Program-made: the position numbers and the translations under genes
Notes under the pieces: generated by a model
Seen by the model: only the letters and a program-made list of their open reading frames with translations
Told to the model about the DNA's origin: nothing
Databases searched by the model: none
From: Euprymna scolopes
Lineage: Eukaryota
Assembly: GCA_053919585.1 (NCBI GenBank)
Contig: CM132792.1
DNA length: 64,000 nucleotides
Direction: 5' to 3' (one strand)
Shown: positions 13,200 to 26,415 of the stretch, piece by piece
Layout of the letters: each line of letters begins with the position of its first letter
Position numbering within the stretch: position 1 is the stretch's first letter

Positions 13200-14200
13200 A
13201 AAATAAGATTGTTTTTTTATTTTAAAAGAGAACACCAATATTTCCCCGTTTTTTTTTTCTTATAATTTGTTACTGTCCTTTGAACGATAAATTTAACGTT
13301 GTCATTCCAGTCAATTAATTATAGAATTGTCTCTCAATTATTTTTAATTTTTTGCAATTTTAATTTTTTATCCTTGCTTTGGGAAATAAAAGCAACGGCA
13401 TTTTATTTCAATAAAACTTGGATTAAATTTATATACTTTTCAGGTCCAGTCTTCATTTTCTCCCTTTTTATTGTGCTTATATGTACGAGACTTTGCTTTA
13501 TTTGTTTTTTCTACTTTTTAAATATATTTATGAAAACGTATTTTGGTAACGACCCCCCCCCCAAAAAAAAAAAAAATGTTTGCATTTTTAATCTGTTTGA
13601 TTTCTAAGCTTAGTGATAAACTGCAATTAACCTCTTAGTTTATGATTTGGGAAAAGATGCTCGTTGTATTGATTCTCGTCTTTATTTTTGCTAGAATAAA
13701 ATTGGTCACATTATCAAAACTGGTATGTTACGTATCCGCTCTCAAGTAAGATTGTTTTTGTTTTTTTTTAGCAGAAAAATGAATATTTTCCCATTTCTTC
13801 CTATAATTTGTTGCTATCATTTGAACGATAAATTTAACTTTCTCGTTCCAGTCGATAGGAATAGTCTTTCAATTAGAGCCCCATTCTTTATGTATGTTTC
13901 TATTTTTTATTTATTTATTTTTTGTAATTGTTCCTTTAAGGGAATTTGACTTGACCCTAGCTTTGGGAAATAAAAGCAACGACATTTTATTTCTTTTTAA
14001 TAAACTTGGATTAAATTTATATACTTTTCGGGTCTAGTTTTTATTTGCTCCTTTTTGATTTTGTTTATTGTTGCTTTGCTTTTATCTTTCCAAGTCTTTG
14101 CGCACTTCATAAGACATTTCTCTTTAAATTCCACGTTACTTTGCTTTATTTTTCTCCCTATTTTTTATATTTGTTACACTAAAAAACGTATTTTGGTAAC
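13200..14200. repeat. Diverged direct duplication (~540-bp offset) in an unclassified repeat
   Basis: taagattgttttt...tttgaacgataaatttaac...gctttgggaaataaaagcaacg...aaaacgtattttggtaacga occurs twice (13204-13552, 13748-14202). Confidence 0.65.
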
Positions 14201-14489
14201 GAAAACTATAAAATACGTCAGGGTTGACCAAACTGAAAAAAAGCATCCTGGACAATTGCCATGTTGTCGAGAATTCCAACCAGAAGGAAAAAGTTGTCCA
14301 AGGACTGACTGAATTAGAAGAAAAATATGAAAAAAAAATGTATATGTGAACGGGGTATGACCTTTTCTTTTACCTGGTGAAGTGTGAAAAATCTTGAGAT
14401 TGCCTTATTGAAATAACGTGTAGCTGGAGTAGCCCATAATAAAAGAATTTCCCAATGTTACGTTACAAAATATGCCAAAATTGTTTTAA

Positions 14490-16570
14490 TGGGAGATTAA
14501 AATGTCATCCCTAATCCCATGATAGACAAGGTTGGAAGGGGGATAGAGGGGCGGAGAGGTGTGAAACCAGACTGGCTGATCTGATGGCTAGATGCGATCT
14601 GGTTGACAGATTTTGTGTCAACCACCTGGGCAGGGAGATTTAGACACTGACAAATAGTGTGCCTTCCTTCCTGAATATTGTTAACTCTGACACTGACAAG
14701 CGTAAGGATGTCTCTAGTCAAGCACTTTTGAATCAACTCAGGAGATTTGCGAGGGATTTCAAGAGTATTTGGAGGAGCGCTTCATCCAACTGTCCAACCT
14801 CCCGGTACAGGAGTTTGGAAACTATTTGGCCGATTCTCCCCTCCTCTAGGCGGTTAGAGCGGCTGATTGCAAAGGTAGAGTTACCGAGCGTGAGGTATTG
14901 ACTGCACTGAAGCAGGTTGGCTGTAACAAATCACCCTATGAACCGTATTTGAGTTTGTCGCACATGTTTATACCGATTCTGATGAATGTGTTCAACCATC
15001 GGTTTAAAGAGGGTTCCATCCCTGGGCAAGTCACCAAGAGAGTGATTGAAGAAGCGGGACAGGCATGTTGGGGAAGAACTAGACGATTACAGGCCCATAA
15101 CGCTGCTGAACACAAGTTCCTAGTGAATCAGTTACAGGAAGTTATCAAAGAGTTGATCGAACCCGAGTAAAAGTATGCTGTGAAGGGGAGATCGATTCAA
15201 AACAACTTGCATCTGATCTGTATGATCCTAGATGGCTTCTGTGTCATCTTCTATCCCTCCGATAGAAGATGACACAGAAGCCACGCTGATCAATTGGGAT
15301 CAGTCCAAAGCTTTCTTCTGTCCTCATTGGGACAGGAAGAGGCATTGGGTTTGCAGACAGATCTGCATTCAAAGTCCAAATGCCCGATTTGGCGTACAAC
15401 TGAGATGCTGAAACTGGCCTTCCTAAGTCAAACCTGTTGAACCCCGTGATTAATGGTGACTTTCCTAATTTCATCTTCGACCACTTAGTCGAGGGTAGGT
15501 GTAGGCTGAAGGGCGACACACAATTCTTTAGAGAGTGCCAAGTCGTACTGAAAAAGCTTCCTTGGTCCAGTGACCTTTCATGGCTTTCTAGAAAAGAACT
15601 ACACAGGAACTAGCCGGGGGTGGGGTTGCTGAAAACCTGCTTGGTTGACGCCTGGGATGGCCGAAAGGGGAGATCTGCTCTGAATGGAGTTGGCCGTCAG
15701 GCTTAAGTCATCTCAACAGCTCTCAGTTCTCGCTCACCTGGTGATCCTTAATGCCTTGCAACACAATGCCGGAATAGTGGAAACATCTGATTATTCCTGC
15801 TGTGGTTCATTTGAAGGTGAAATAATCGAGCGCGCTTTCTTCGAATGCCTCGAACTCTGAAGGAGTAAGTTAACGAGGTAACGGTTCTTATCGATCCCAA
15901 GCATCCTCGCCTACTAAACGTTTCCTATGTTATCGACAATGTCCGTACGCTGTGGGACAAGGAGAGATGGATGGTGTTTTTGCAACACCTGAGAGTGGGC
16001 CAAGGAATTGAATCTTTTGCTGATCAGGATCTAATCGCTTTCTTCAAGCACAAGCTGAAGGTCAAGATCAGATGTGATAGAAAAATTTATTTCCTCGGAG
16101 TTTGAAAGAAGAGTAGCGAACTTGTGTGCGAGAAGAAGAGTCAAGTATATGTACGTGATCCCTGCCTTTGGGTAAGTTTTTAAGTTTTTAGCCTCTTCGC
16201 TAGTCAAGTGAATTAGTTTCCTCCTCCCTGGAAACAGAAAGGCTTCAAAATGCCCACACTCCATTTTCCTTTCTTTTCGTCCCTGACATTTCTTCCTCAT
16301 TTGCCCTCATCTTGGAAGGACTCTTCTTACTCTCCAACTCCCATCATCAACATCAATCTCCATGTGACGTCACTCCACGTTTCCACATCTCCAGCCTTTC
16401 CAGTTACCTAGCACCTCGCACTTGTCCAGTCAGTCTTGCTGCTGTCAAGGTAGAACACTTCAAGTTTTTCAACCTTCCTGTTTCCAAAATCTTCGTCGAT
16501 CAACTTTCGCCAGTTTTTTTTTTTATCCTTTTTCTCCCTGTATTTTATAACGACATAAATACATTTCTTT
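14490..16570 (+). mobile_element. Decayed L1/Tx1-like LINE (RT region with internal deletions)
   Basis: ALKQVGCNKSP..YEPYLSLSHMFIPILMNVFNHRF; DDYRPITLLN; IEPE*KYAVKGRSIQNNLHLI, all L1/Tx1-type RT N-terminal motifs; C/T-rich 3' UTR. Confidence 0.7.
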
Positions 16571-17833
16571 TATAACTGTTCATATGCGTTTGTCCTCTCT
16601 TCTTTTTCTCTGATCACTACCCACACTCAAAATAATTTTTGAAAATTTGACAGTTGAACTTATTACTTTTTATCACTCTTTCGGCAACCTGTACTTAAAT
16701 ACATTGGTATTTATAGAAGGCCATTATTTTCCTTTCATTCGACAACCATTTTATTACAAAATATCACAGGAATTCATTCATGTGAAAATAAGCTCCTATA
16801 ATTTCCCATTCAGTTTATGTAATGTTTATGTAATGTACACACGGTATCACTCACATAAATTATAAAAATAATAAACCTCTTTACAACTATGGATAATATG
16901 GAAATAATTGTTAGTTATGCAAGAAGAATGGTGTGACGTTTATGCATTTTCCAATGAAATCAAAATGGAATAAATAATGGCTGCGGTTTTACATCTTTAT
17001 TAAAATATTTCTCTTACTTTTCATGTAATCAAACTAAGAAAGATTATATTCTCAAGTGAGAAAATTCATTAAAAAAAAATAAATAAACAGTAAACATTTT
17101 TCGAAGTAAAATCCCTAATCGTCGAGTATACGACTATTAAGTGTGAAAAGAACACACACTACAAACCGATTTATCNNNNNNNNNNNNNNNNNNNNNNNNN
17201 NNNNNNNNNNNNNNNNNNNNNNNNNNNNNNNNNNNNNNNNNNNNNNNNNNNNNNNNNNNNNNNNNNNNNNNNNNNNNNNNNNNNNNNNNNNNNNNNNNNN
17301 NNNNACGCATCTTTATCATTTTGACACAAAGTTCAACCCCCTCCTGTACACCTGCGTTCCCTTGACGGTGTCAGACCACATCACAGATTCTTGCGTTGAT
17401 GATTGAAGCAAGCAGACGTAAAAAATCTAATGTGTTCGTTTATTTTTCATTCAGGAAATTTAATGATTAAAAAACAACAAAAAGTCTATAAGAATAAATC
17501 AAACCAGAAGAAAAAAAATATACTTTAAAATGAGTTTTTTACCTGCATGATCAATTTCAAACAAAAAATCCAGAAACTCGAATTGCCCATGATCATCAAA
17601 GAATCTTCTCTAGTGCTGCTCAACATTAGTTTTCGGTATTTCTTTGCTCATTTGCTCATTCTTTTCTTTTCTTTTTTTTTTTTTTTGTGAATGCAAGAAT
17701 TCTATTCTTTTGAAATTTGACAAAACCTTTTCAAAAGATTTAAAATGTAAGATACATGGATTAATCTTTGCGTTTTAGTTAACTGGATTCCCCATTTTCT
17801 TTTCTCATTTTTGTTATCGTCATCAACAACAAG

Positions 17834-18005
17834 ATGATGAGCGCTAACGCACGCGCCTTTTCAGTCGAATCTCTTCTTGCTGAGAAGAATGAAAACTTGA
17901 ACGCTGAAAAAACAGAACGCGAAGATGGAATTTGCTTGCGCAGTCCTCTTTTACAACAAATTGAACCTTTGTCCTCGCCAACATTCCAGCACACGAGAAC
18001 AAACA
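17834..18005 (+). CDS. Tbx15/18/22: T-box transcription factor (Tbx15/18/22-like), first coding exon with eh1 (Groucho-binding) motif
   Basis: MMSANARAFSVESLL resembles the N-terminal ARAFSVEAL/eh1 motif of TBX15/18/22. Ends at A|GTAAG donor (18005/18006), phase 1, compatible with the exon at 53113. Confidence 0.75.
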
Positions 18006-18104
18006 GTAAGATTCTTTTTTTCTATTATTGTCAAATGGAATTGCTTTCATGTTTAAATGTGCCTACGCACCTCAATAAGATGCGCAGTCTGCCAATTAGA
18101 CTTC

Positions 18105-18150
<46 letters not shown>
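18105..18150. repeat. (AAT)n microsatellite
   Basis: Direct. Confidence 0.95.
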
Positions 18151-18153
<3 letters not shown>

Positions 18154-18942
18154 TCATTTTGTTGATTTATCCGTTTGAAACTGTCATCGCTGAGCATGTT
18201 TTATTGTGTTATTGTTCTTTAGTTGCTAACAGATATTGCCTGGAAATGAACGAGAACCCCTGTCTATTACCCAATATTTGCGTTTTTTTTTTTTTTTTTT
18301 TGTGCCGAACAAAAGATACGGAAGTTTATTGAACGCAATACAACGAACTTATAATCAAATCCTCATGTTTAAAATGGGCTTATAGATACGAACGTTGTTA
18401 CTTTAGCACGGTACATTCATTTTGGCCACGAGCGCCAATGTCCACTATTTTACTGGGCCGGCAGTGGTTCCCACTAACAACTGTAGTTTAATTGTTTTTT
18501 GGGTTTTTTTTTTTTTTACTGGTGGGTTAGGGGGGCATACTTACACCGGACAACGCTGGTACACGGTTCTTCGTCACAACACAAACAAAATAAACAACCT
18601 TGCTATCGTACAATATTATTATACTGACATAAATAATTATTTCTTGTGTTTGTTTACCATTATTTTATCAAATTTTGTTTGCTTATTTCATTTCTTTCAT
18701 TATAGTTTGATTTAGTTTTCAAATTATATCATTACTTTTTTCTTTTTTTATATCATTTTAATTTCTAGTATGTAACGAATATGTTTGTTCAAATATAAGA
18801 GTTTTAAGAAGTTAGAATTTAACAGTAGTCCTATCTGTAAAATCTTACCATTTAAAAAGCTTTTCAAAATAAACAAGCCTTGAATTTCACATGCAATAAA
18901 ATTGCACTATTCACATTTCTAATATAATCTAATTTAAAGTCG

Positions 18943-18991
<49 letters not shown>
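18943..18991. repeat. (TCA)n microsatellite
   Basis: Direct. Confidence 0.95.
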
Positions 18992-18992
<1 letters not shown>

Positions 18993-19152
18993 TGCATTAA
19001 CCAGGGTTAGATTGTTAGGTGAACAGCTAATTATACGGATATGTAACACGCTAGAAGATACTCTCGAATCCAGATAACAAAACAAGAGGACAACATCCCA
19101 AATCACATTAGATTTCGGTTTACATTGTTTAGACAAATAAGCAAAGAAGGTA

Positions 19153-19412
19153 TCTTAGAACTGCACGTGCACGGCTGTGGAACTCTCTGCCGCTTGCCTG
19201 CCCCCCCCCCCCGAATTCAGCTTGGATGTCTTCAAGTCCAACACAAACAAATTCCTGATGAACCGCCCCCTTAAGTAATGACACCTTATCAAATCCCCAA
19301 TACTAACTATTACTACGATACTATCCCAGTGATTACTGTACACACAATAACCCTTATCCCCGAGTGGCTCCTGGACCTTGATAAATGGTGACCCCCATGT
19401 AAAAAAAAAAAA
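19153..19412 (+). mobile_element. 5'-truncated CR1-like LINE 3' end
   Basis: Homologous to the 3' end of the LINE at ~56735-56992 (cttagaactgcacg...tgtggaa...ttcaagtc; cccttatcc..gagtggc...ccttgata...atgt + poly-A). Confidence 0.8.
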
Positions 19413-19949
19413 GTAGACAATGTCAGAAACACGAGAAGTTGAATCCATGATGATCCATAATTCAATCTAGCCGACGTCTAATATTCATTCTATACCCTCC
19501 ATCAAAATACCTTGGGTTACGAAACTGAAACTGTTACGAAAGAACTTTACTACGTTTTGTAGCAGCAATTAAAGAAAGTCTTATAGTTTGCTATTAACTT
19601 GAATTAATGAATTAATTATTAATGAATTAATTATTAATGAATTAATTATTAATGGATTAATGAAATTATGAGGCTGGTGGAGCATGCGGGCCCGATTTTA
19701 CGACTGAGCATAAAAACGATGCATGTAAAAACATTGCGAAAAGAAATCAACAAATCATTGCGCTTTGAAACATTATCTCTTTTTATATCTTTGTGCATAT
19801 GATTTCCTCCCTTAACTAATTATGAGTTTTAGGACACACTCGCTAGGCATAAAGGTCTTAATGTGGGCCATATTTAGTTTAATTTAGTGTGTTGCAAAGA
19901 TGGCAAAAGAGTGGAATACCTTCTTGAAAATTCAAATACATCCGTTTTT

Positions 19950-20050
19950 TGTCTTTGTCTGTCTGTCTGTCTGTCTGTCTGTCCATTCCACCTTTTCTCG
20001 GAAACTACTGTGCTTAATTTGGCTGAAAATTTGTGTGGACATTTGAAATG
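19950..20050. mobile_element. Helentron/DINE-1-like fragment with (GTCT)n
   Basis: (tgtc)n followed by ttttctcggaaactactg...tttggctgaaaatttg, a typical HINE/DINE-1 core. Confidence 0.4.
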
Positions 20051-21029
20051 TTAAGGTGCAGTGAACTAAGTATTATGGCATCCGTTCGATGCACATGAAT
20101 TAATAGGAATTAGTATTTAATGCAAAAAGTGAGCACAAATTTAATCATATTCAACCATCAATTCGGCATAAAGCAATCGTTCTAAGTCAACAGTCTATAA
20201 CTTTTGCCCATTTTTAACGGCTAAAAGTCTAGCTTGAACAATAATCATGTAATTGATTTGAATCAAATTTGGAATAAGAATTGTAGACATAAGGTAGACA
20301 TATAGACATAGCAGTATATATTGATTTTAAATTTCGTATGGAGTTGTATATATAAAGGTTGTGCAAAACTGTCTTATTTGAGGAATTAGTTCTTACTGAA
20401 TATAAATTAATATATTAATTCTTCTAATTCAATATAGACATACATATTGCATGGTGAAACAATTTTAGAACTGGCAGTTTTTGTTAACGCACTTTATATA
20501 AAATTTCTGTCCAAGGCATTGTTAGCGTGGAGGTCCCATTAGTACGGAGTTCTATCCACGTGTTTTGTTTTGATTGGTCGACCCTACCACAATTACGACC
20601 ACAGTCACGGAGTGAGTTGAAGAAAGCTGCCGGGTGAGCTGAAGTCGCTGGAAGCTGCAGAAACTAGTGTGGCAGGATGTAAGGGAGAGTTCCAGTGGTA
20701 GAGAGTGGAGTGCGCATTGCGTTCTGCCGTCCCTGATGCGTCCTCACCGGGGACCACTCCCGACTTGACGAGTCATCGAGATGAGAGTGGTCCAAGCTCC
20801 CGAGCGAAATTGAGGGTTTTTAGTTCTCTCCCACTGGAAGATCCAGGGTTGGAAAGTGGGATTGTGATATCAGCACCCCATAGGACACTCTGACCTGCAA
20901 AAAGTGCTTGGGCAGTTTCGTCAGCATTCCTCAGTCGACTAACTCCTTCTTAAAGAAAGAAGGTAAAAGTATAGGAGGATGGACTTCCTAGAACTGCACC
21001 GAAATAAACTCCCACCGCAAAATCAACAG

Positions 21030-24000
21030 GGACAGGATCATATGCTCATAACAATATCTTATATCTGTAAATTCTGGAGTTGCATGAAAAGGTAGTGATG
21101 TTCCTAGATTCGGGATCCAGTTCTATTTTGTAATAATAGGAGTTTCGGTCGATTTTCGAAAAAAACGTATGCGTTGTCAATTTCACTCGGTAATTGCTCA
21201 ACTGTTGGTATTTGATACCAAACACATTTCACTGTTTATTTGACACACATAAGTCGCCACATATTCTAATTTCTCTGTTTGATTTTTGTACTGCTCCTAA
21301 CGACGAGACTTATGGAATGGGGCTTTCTACTAATTTTCTAGTATTTCCTTGATTTTTTTCTCTACTGCTTGTTGAATATGAAATGATTTTGATTTTTTCC
21401 ATTCTTCCAACGAGGGCAGGTGATGATCTCGAATTTCTTTTGTTGATTTCGATATATTTTTTGCTGTAATCGATTTCACATATACAGTAGTCATAAACTC
21501 TAGTTGGACACTGGCACAATTTCATTATCTGCTGAATAAGTTTCACCTGAAAAACGAATGCCTGAATGTCTGAATTATTCAGATTCGTCGATATTGAATG
21601 CACGTAATTGTGGCCATCTAACATTTTCGTTTTCCTTTTACTATTGTTCATTTTTTTTAGCATGTTTTGTTTTTTCAAATGCTACGCTATAGTTTTTTTT
21701 TTTTTTCAAATGCTAAGCTATAGTTTTGTTTTTTTCAAATGCTAAGCTATAGTTTTGTTTTTTTCAAATGCTAAGCTATAGTTTTGTTTTTTCAAATGCT
21801 AAGCTATAGTTTTGTTTTTCAAATGCTACGCTATAGTTTTTTTTTTCAAATGCTAAGCTATAGTTTTGTTTTGTTTTCAAATGCTAAGCTATAGTTTTGT
21901 TTTTTTTCAAATGCTAAGCTATAGTTTTGCTTTTTTCAAATGCTATGCTATAGTTTTGTTTTTTCAAATGCTAAGCTATAGTTTTGTTTTTCAAATGCTA
22001 AGCTATAGTTTTGTTTTTTTTCAAATGCTAAGCTATAGTTTTGTTTTTTCAAATGCTAAGCTATAGTTTTGTTTTTTCAAATGCTAAGCTATAGTTTTGT
22101 TTATTCAAATACTAAGGTATAGTTTTGTTTTTTCAAATGCTAAGCTATAGTTTTGTTTTTTCAAATGCTAAGCTATAGTTTTGTTTTGTTTTCAAATGCT
22201 AAGCTATAGTTTTGTTTTTTTCAAATGCTAAGCTATGGTTTTGTTTTTTCAAATGCTAAGCTATAGTTTTGTTTTTTTTCAAATGCTAAGCTATAGTTTT
22301 GTTTTTTTCAAATGCTAAGCTATAGTTTTGAGGGCAGGCAGGTGATGATCTCGAATTTCTTTTGTTGATTTCGATATATTTTTTGCTGTAATCGATTTCA
22401 CATATACAGTAGTCATAAACTCTAGTTGGACACTGGCACAATTTCATTATCTGCTGAATAAGTTTCACCTGAAAAACGAATGCCTGAATGTCTGAATTAT
22501 TCAGATTCGTCGATATTGAATGCACGTAATTGTGGCCATCTAACATTTTCGTTTTCCTTTTACTATTGTTCATTTTTTTTAGCATGTTTTGTTTTTTCAA
22601 ATGCTACGCTATAGTTTTTTTTTTTTTTCAAATGCTAAGCTATAGTTTTGTTTTTTTCAAATGCTAAGCTATAGTTTTGTTTTTTTCAAATGCTAAGCTA
22701 TAGTTTTGTTTTTCAAATGCTACGCTATAGTTTTTTTTCAAATGCTAAGCTATAGTTTTGTTTTGTTTTCAAATGCTAAGCTATAGTTTTGTTTTTTCAA
22801 ATGCTAAGCTATAGTTTTTTTGTTTTTTTTTCAAATGGTAAGCTATAGTTTTGTTTTTTTCAAATGCTAAGCTATAGTTTTGTTTTTCAAATGCTAAGCT
22901 ATAGTTTTGTTTTTTCAAATGCTAAGCTATAGTTTTGTTTTTTCAAATGCTAAGCTATAATTTTGTTTTTTTCAAATGCTAAGCTATAGTTTTGTTTTTC
23001 AAATGCTAAGCTATAGTTTTGTTTTTTCAAATGCTAAGCTATAGTTTTGTTTTTTCAAATGCTAAGCTATAGTTTTGCTTTTTTCAAATGCTATGCTATA
23101 GTTTTGTTTTTTCAAATGCTAAGCTATAGTTTTGTTTTTTCAAATGCTAAGCTATAGTGTTGTTTTTTCAAATGCTAAGCTATAGTGTTGTTTTTTCAAA
23201 TGCTAAGCTATAGTTTTGTTTTTTTCAAATGCTATGCTATAGTTTTGTTTTTTCAAATGCTAAGCTATAGTTTTGTTTTTTCAAATGCTAAGCTATACTT
23301 TTGTTTTTTTCAAATGCTAAGCTATAGTTTTGTTTTTTCAAATGTTAAGCTATAGTTTTGTTTTTTCAAATGCTAAGCTATAGTTTTGTTTATTCAAATA
23401 CTAAGGTATAGTTTTGTTTTTTCAAATGCTAAGCTATAGTTTTGTTTTTTCAAATGCTAAGCTATAGTTTTGTTTTGTTTTCAAATGCTAAGCTATAGTT
23501 TTGTTTTGTTTTCAAATGCTAAGCTATAGTTTTGTTTTTTCAAATGCTAAGCTATAGTTTTGTTTTTTCAAATGCTAAGCTATAGTTTTGTTTTTTTTTT
23601 CAAATGCTAAGCTATAGTTTTGTTTTTTTCAAATGCTAAGCTATAGTTTTGTTTTTTCAAATGCTAAGCTATAGTTTTGTTTTTTTCAAATGCTAAGCTA
23701 TCGTGATGTTTTTTTCAAATGCTAAGCTATAGTTTTGTTTTTTCAAATGCTAAGCTATAGTTTTGTTTTTTTCAAATGCTAAGCTATAGTTTTGTTTTTT
23801 TTCAAATGCTAAGCTATAGTGTTGTTTTTCAAATGCTAAACTATAGTTTTGTTTTTTCAAATGCTAAACTATAGTTTTGTTTTTTCAAATGCTAAGCTAT
23901 AGTTTTGTTTTTTCAAATGCTAAGCTATAGTTTTGTTTTTTCAAATGCTAAGCTATAGTTTTGTTTTTTCAAATGCTAAGCTATAGTTTTGTTTTTTTTT

Positions 24001-25020
24001 CAAATGCTAAGCTATAGTTTTGTTTTTTTCAAATGCTAAGCTATAGTTTTGTATTTTCAAATGCTAAGCTATAGTTTTTTTTTCAAATGCTAAGCTATAG
24101 TTTTGTTTTTTTCAAATGCTAAGCTATAGTTTTGTTTTTTCAAATGCTAAGCTATAGTTTTGTTTTTTCAAATGCTAAGCTATAGTTTTGTTTTTTTCAA
24201 ATGCTAAGCTATAGTTTTGTTTTTTTTCAAATGCTAAGCTATAGTTTTGTTTTTTCAAATGCTAAGCTATAGTTTTGTTTTTTTCAAATGCTAAGCTATA
24301 GTTTTGTTTTTTTCAAATGCTAAGCTATAGTTTTGTTTTTTCAAATGCTAAGTTATAGTTTAGTTTTTTTCAAATGCTAATTATAGTTTTGTTTTTTTCA
24401 AATGCTAAGCTATAGTTTTGTTTTGTTTTTTCAAATGGTAAGCTATAGTTTTGTTTTTTCAAATGCTAAGCTATAGTTTTGTTTGTTTTTTAAGTGATTT
24501 ATTACTCCACAGTAGTTAACATTTTTTTCCAAATGCTGGGCATTTTGTTTGACCGTCTATGTAATTGGAGCCATTACAGCCTTAACATTTTGTAACTGTT
24601 TTAATAAATTGTTGCTCCTGGAATATTTCCCATACTCACTACTCACTGCTATCTTGTAAATTTGTGTATCTCTGAGCGCTCTCTTTCACTTTCTTCTTTG
24701 CTTAGCTTTCGCTTCAGTAGATTTGAATATGAATGTTCTTTGAAGTGCTTCCGCTAATGTTCCCTTAATTCGAAGTTTTACTCGTGCTGTTGTTGAATCC
24801 GAGTATTTTTTCTGTTGAGGGGGTAATGTTTCGTTAATTTTAAGTTTGTTAAATTGCTCCATCTTCGTCGCCAGGTTTGCTGTACACTGAAGATTCTCTC
24901 ACCTCAACCGAGCGGGTTCTATTTATACTCGCCCTGACCTCACACTAAGAACTATGAAACAAATCAAACACTCTGAAATGTTTATTACAGCTTTGTTATC
25001 TTTGTGTTGGACTTACAATA
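21030..25020 (-). mobile_element. Decayed Ty3/Gypsy element (gag to RT) carrying an internal satellite
   Basis: PBS TGGCGACGAAGATGG (24873-24859, tRNA-Ser(GCT)-like); gag knuckle KCPAFGKKC-NYCGVINH (~24546-24493); RT remnants KSNREIRICGD, FSKID, IELDPESRNITTFSC..IYRYK (~21300-21050). Confidence 0.75.
21665..24490. repeat. ~29-31-bp satellite (TTTTCAAATGCTAAGCTATAGTTTTG+Tn) in two blocks
   Basis: Blocks ~21665-22330 and ~22587-24490; unit length varies with the T run; no unique spacers. Confidence 0.97.
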
Positions 25021-25099
25021 CAAAGACTTCATATACAATTATCGGATATTGGATTATCTACATGATCACATGGTTTCCTGCTACTCAGACTGAGATCGA

Positions 25100-25900
25100 T
25101 GTGTAATATCTGTTTTGTCCTCGGTTGGGAAATAAGAACTCATCGTAGACTGAAATCATTTTAATTTTTGTCCCAATTCAGAGTACCTGGATTTTCCGTA
25201 CATTAAAACCTGACCTTTTGTCTAACTCTGACCTTTTAACTCTGATCTCGTGAGGAGGCAAGTAAAATCTGGACTAAATTCTCTAAACACATTTTCTGCT
25301 TGACTAATGTTTAAAATAGGCAAAAATGTCTCTTCTTTGGATTATTCCGACTAATAGAAGTTCGAATAATCCAAAGAAGAGATATTCTTATATTCGCAAT
25401 GTTTCAGTCTGTGTAACTTCTGCCCTTCATGAAGTGCATCTTTTTAAACCTGTAAAAACTGTCGTCAAACTTGGGAACATGTACAAAAGTTTAATATTTA
25501 TTCCATTGGAGACGGTTGTTCTCATTCCACATGACTGGATAAAAGTATAAATGGTATTTTTAGGTCTTATGGTCTGTAATAAAGATTAAACGACTTCCAT
25601 AAAATTGCCACTTAAAGAATTGATTAATAATCTATTCTAACTATCCATGTGAATAATTTGAGTATGAATTTCATAAATATTTGATTAATTCCATCTTTTC
25701 TCTTTCTTTGCAACATCTCTTTCACAGACGTTATGTGGCTAGTTTCAGAACACATACCATAATAGTATTTGCAGAAAAGATTCTATTAATACTATTATGG
25801 CATGTGTTATTCGAAATTGTCTGATCTATTCCCTGCTTCTCTTGTTCCAGCTCGTTTTACTCGTTGGTCTAGTGGTCTTCATCAATTTACTGTTTTAATA
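25100..25900 (-). mobile_element. Highly decayed LTR-retrotransposon integrase remnant (tentative)
   Basis: Minus-strand fragments QIIHMD and LGTKIKMISVY resemble integrase core motifs. Confidence 0.3.
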
Positions 25901-26307
25901 CTTCATTGTAATACAACTTTTTATTCTTATAGTTTCTTAAAACTTCATCTTTGTGGAACTCTCTTTCTACTGACTGTTTTCCTCCTACCCATAGATATTG
26001 TAGAATGGGTTGATTAATCACATATGTATATTTGATGTACTTCATATACTTCTGTTAAAATCACAGATAACTTGCTGCAAAATAAATCGCATACAGTTTC
26101 ACATAAATACACGTAAAAAGCCTGTGCAATCGCCAACTGAACAGCATTGCTTGCATCCAGTGGTGGGAAGACCAAGCCTAACACAATGAAAACAATGTAG
26201 AAAAAGACCGTTGTGTTATTTCGGGTGTTTTCTTCTAGACTAGTTGCAAAATTATCGGCTTGAGAGTGTTCTTTATTATTTAATCAATAATTGCAATGAT
26301 ATGGAGT

Positions 26308-26415
26308 TTATACGACACAATCACTTTGACACACGCCAGATCACCGAAGTTAAGCAACGTTGAGCCTGGTCAGCGCCAAATGGGTAACCATTTGGGAAGG
26401 CGAGGTGCTGTATGT
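26308..26415 (+). pseudogene. 5S rRNA-derived sequence (pseudogene or SINE3-type head)
   Basis: tacgac...GATCACCGAAGTTAAGCAACGT...ggtcag...atgggtaacc...tgggaa...ggtgctgta is colinear with metazoan 5S rRNA, with substitutions and a deletion. Confidence 0.85.

Noticed and set aside
17137-17406. ORFs spanning N runs (also near 33.2, 44.8, 51.7, 57.7, 58.6 and 61.0 kb)
   Set aside because: Artefacts of assembly gaps.
20730-20790. Hammerhead-like CTGATGCGTCC...GGAC
   Set aside because: Core broken (CUGAUGC, no GAAA) and no stem I/III.
21665-24490. CRISPR-like array (GCTATAGTTTTG loosely resembles type II repeats)
   Set aside because: No unique spacers, no cas genes, eukaryotic context; it is a satellite.
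26308-26415. Functional 5S rRNA gene
   Set aside because: Many substitutions, an internal deletion, no oligo-T terminator, not in a tandem array.
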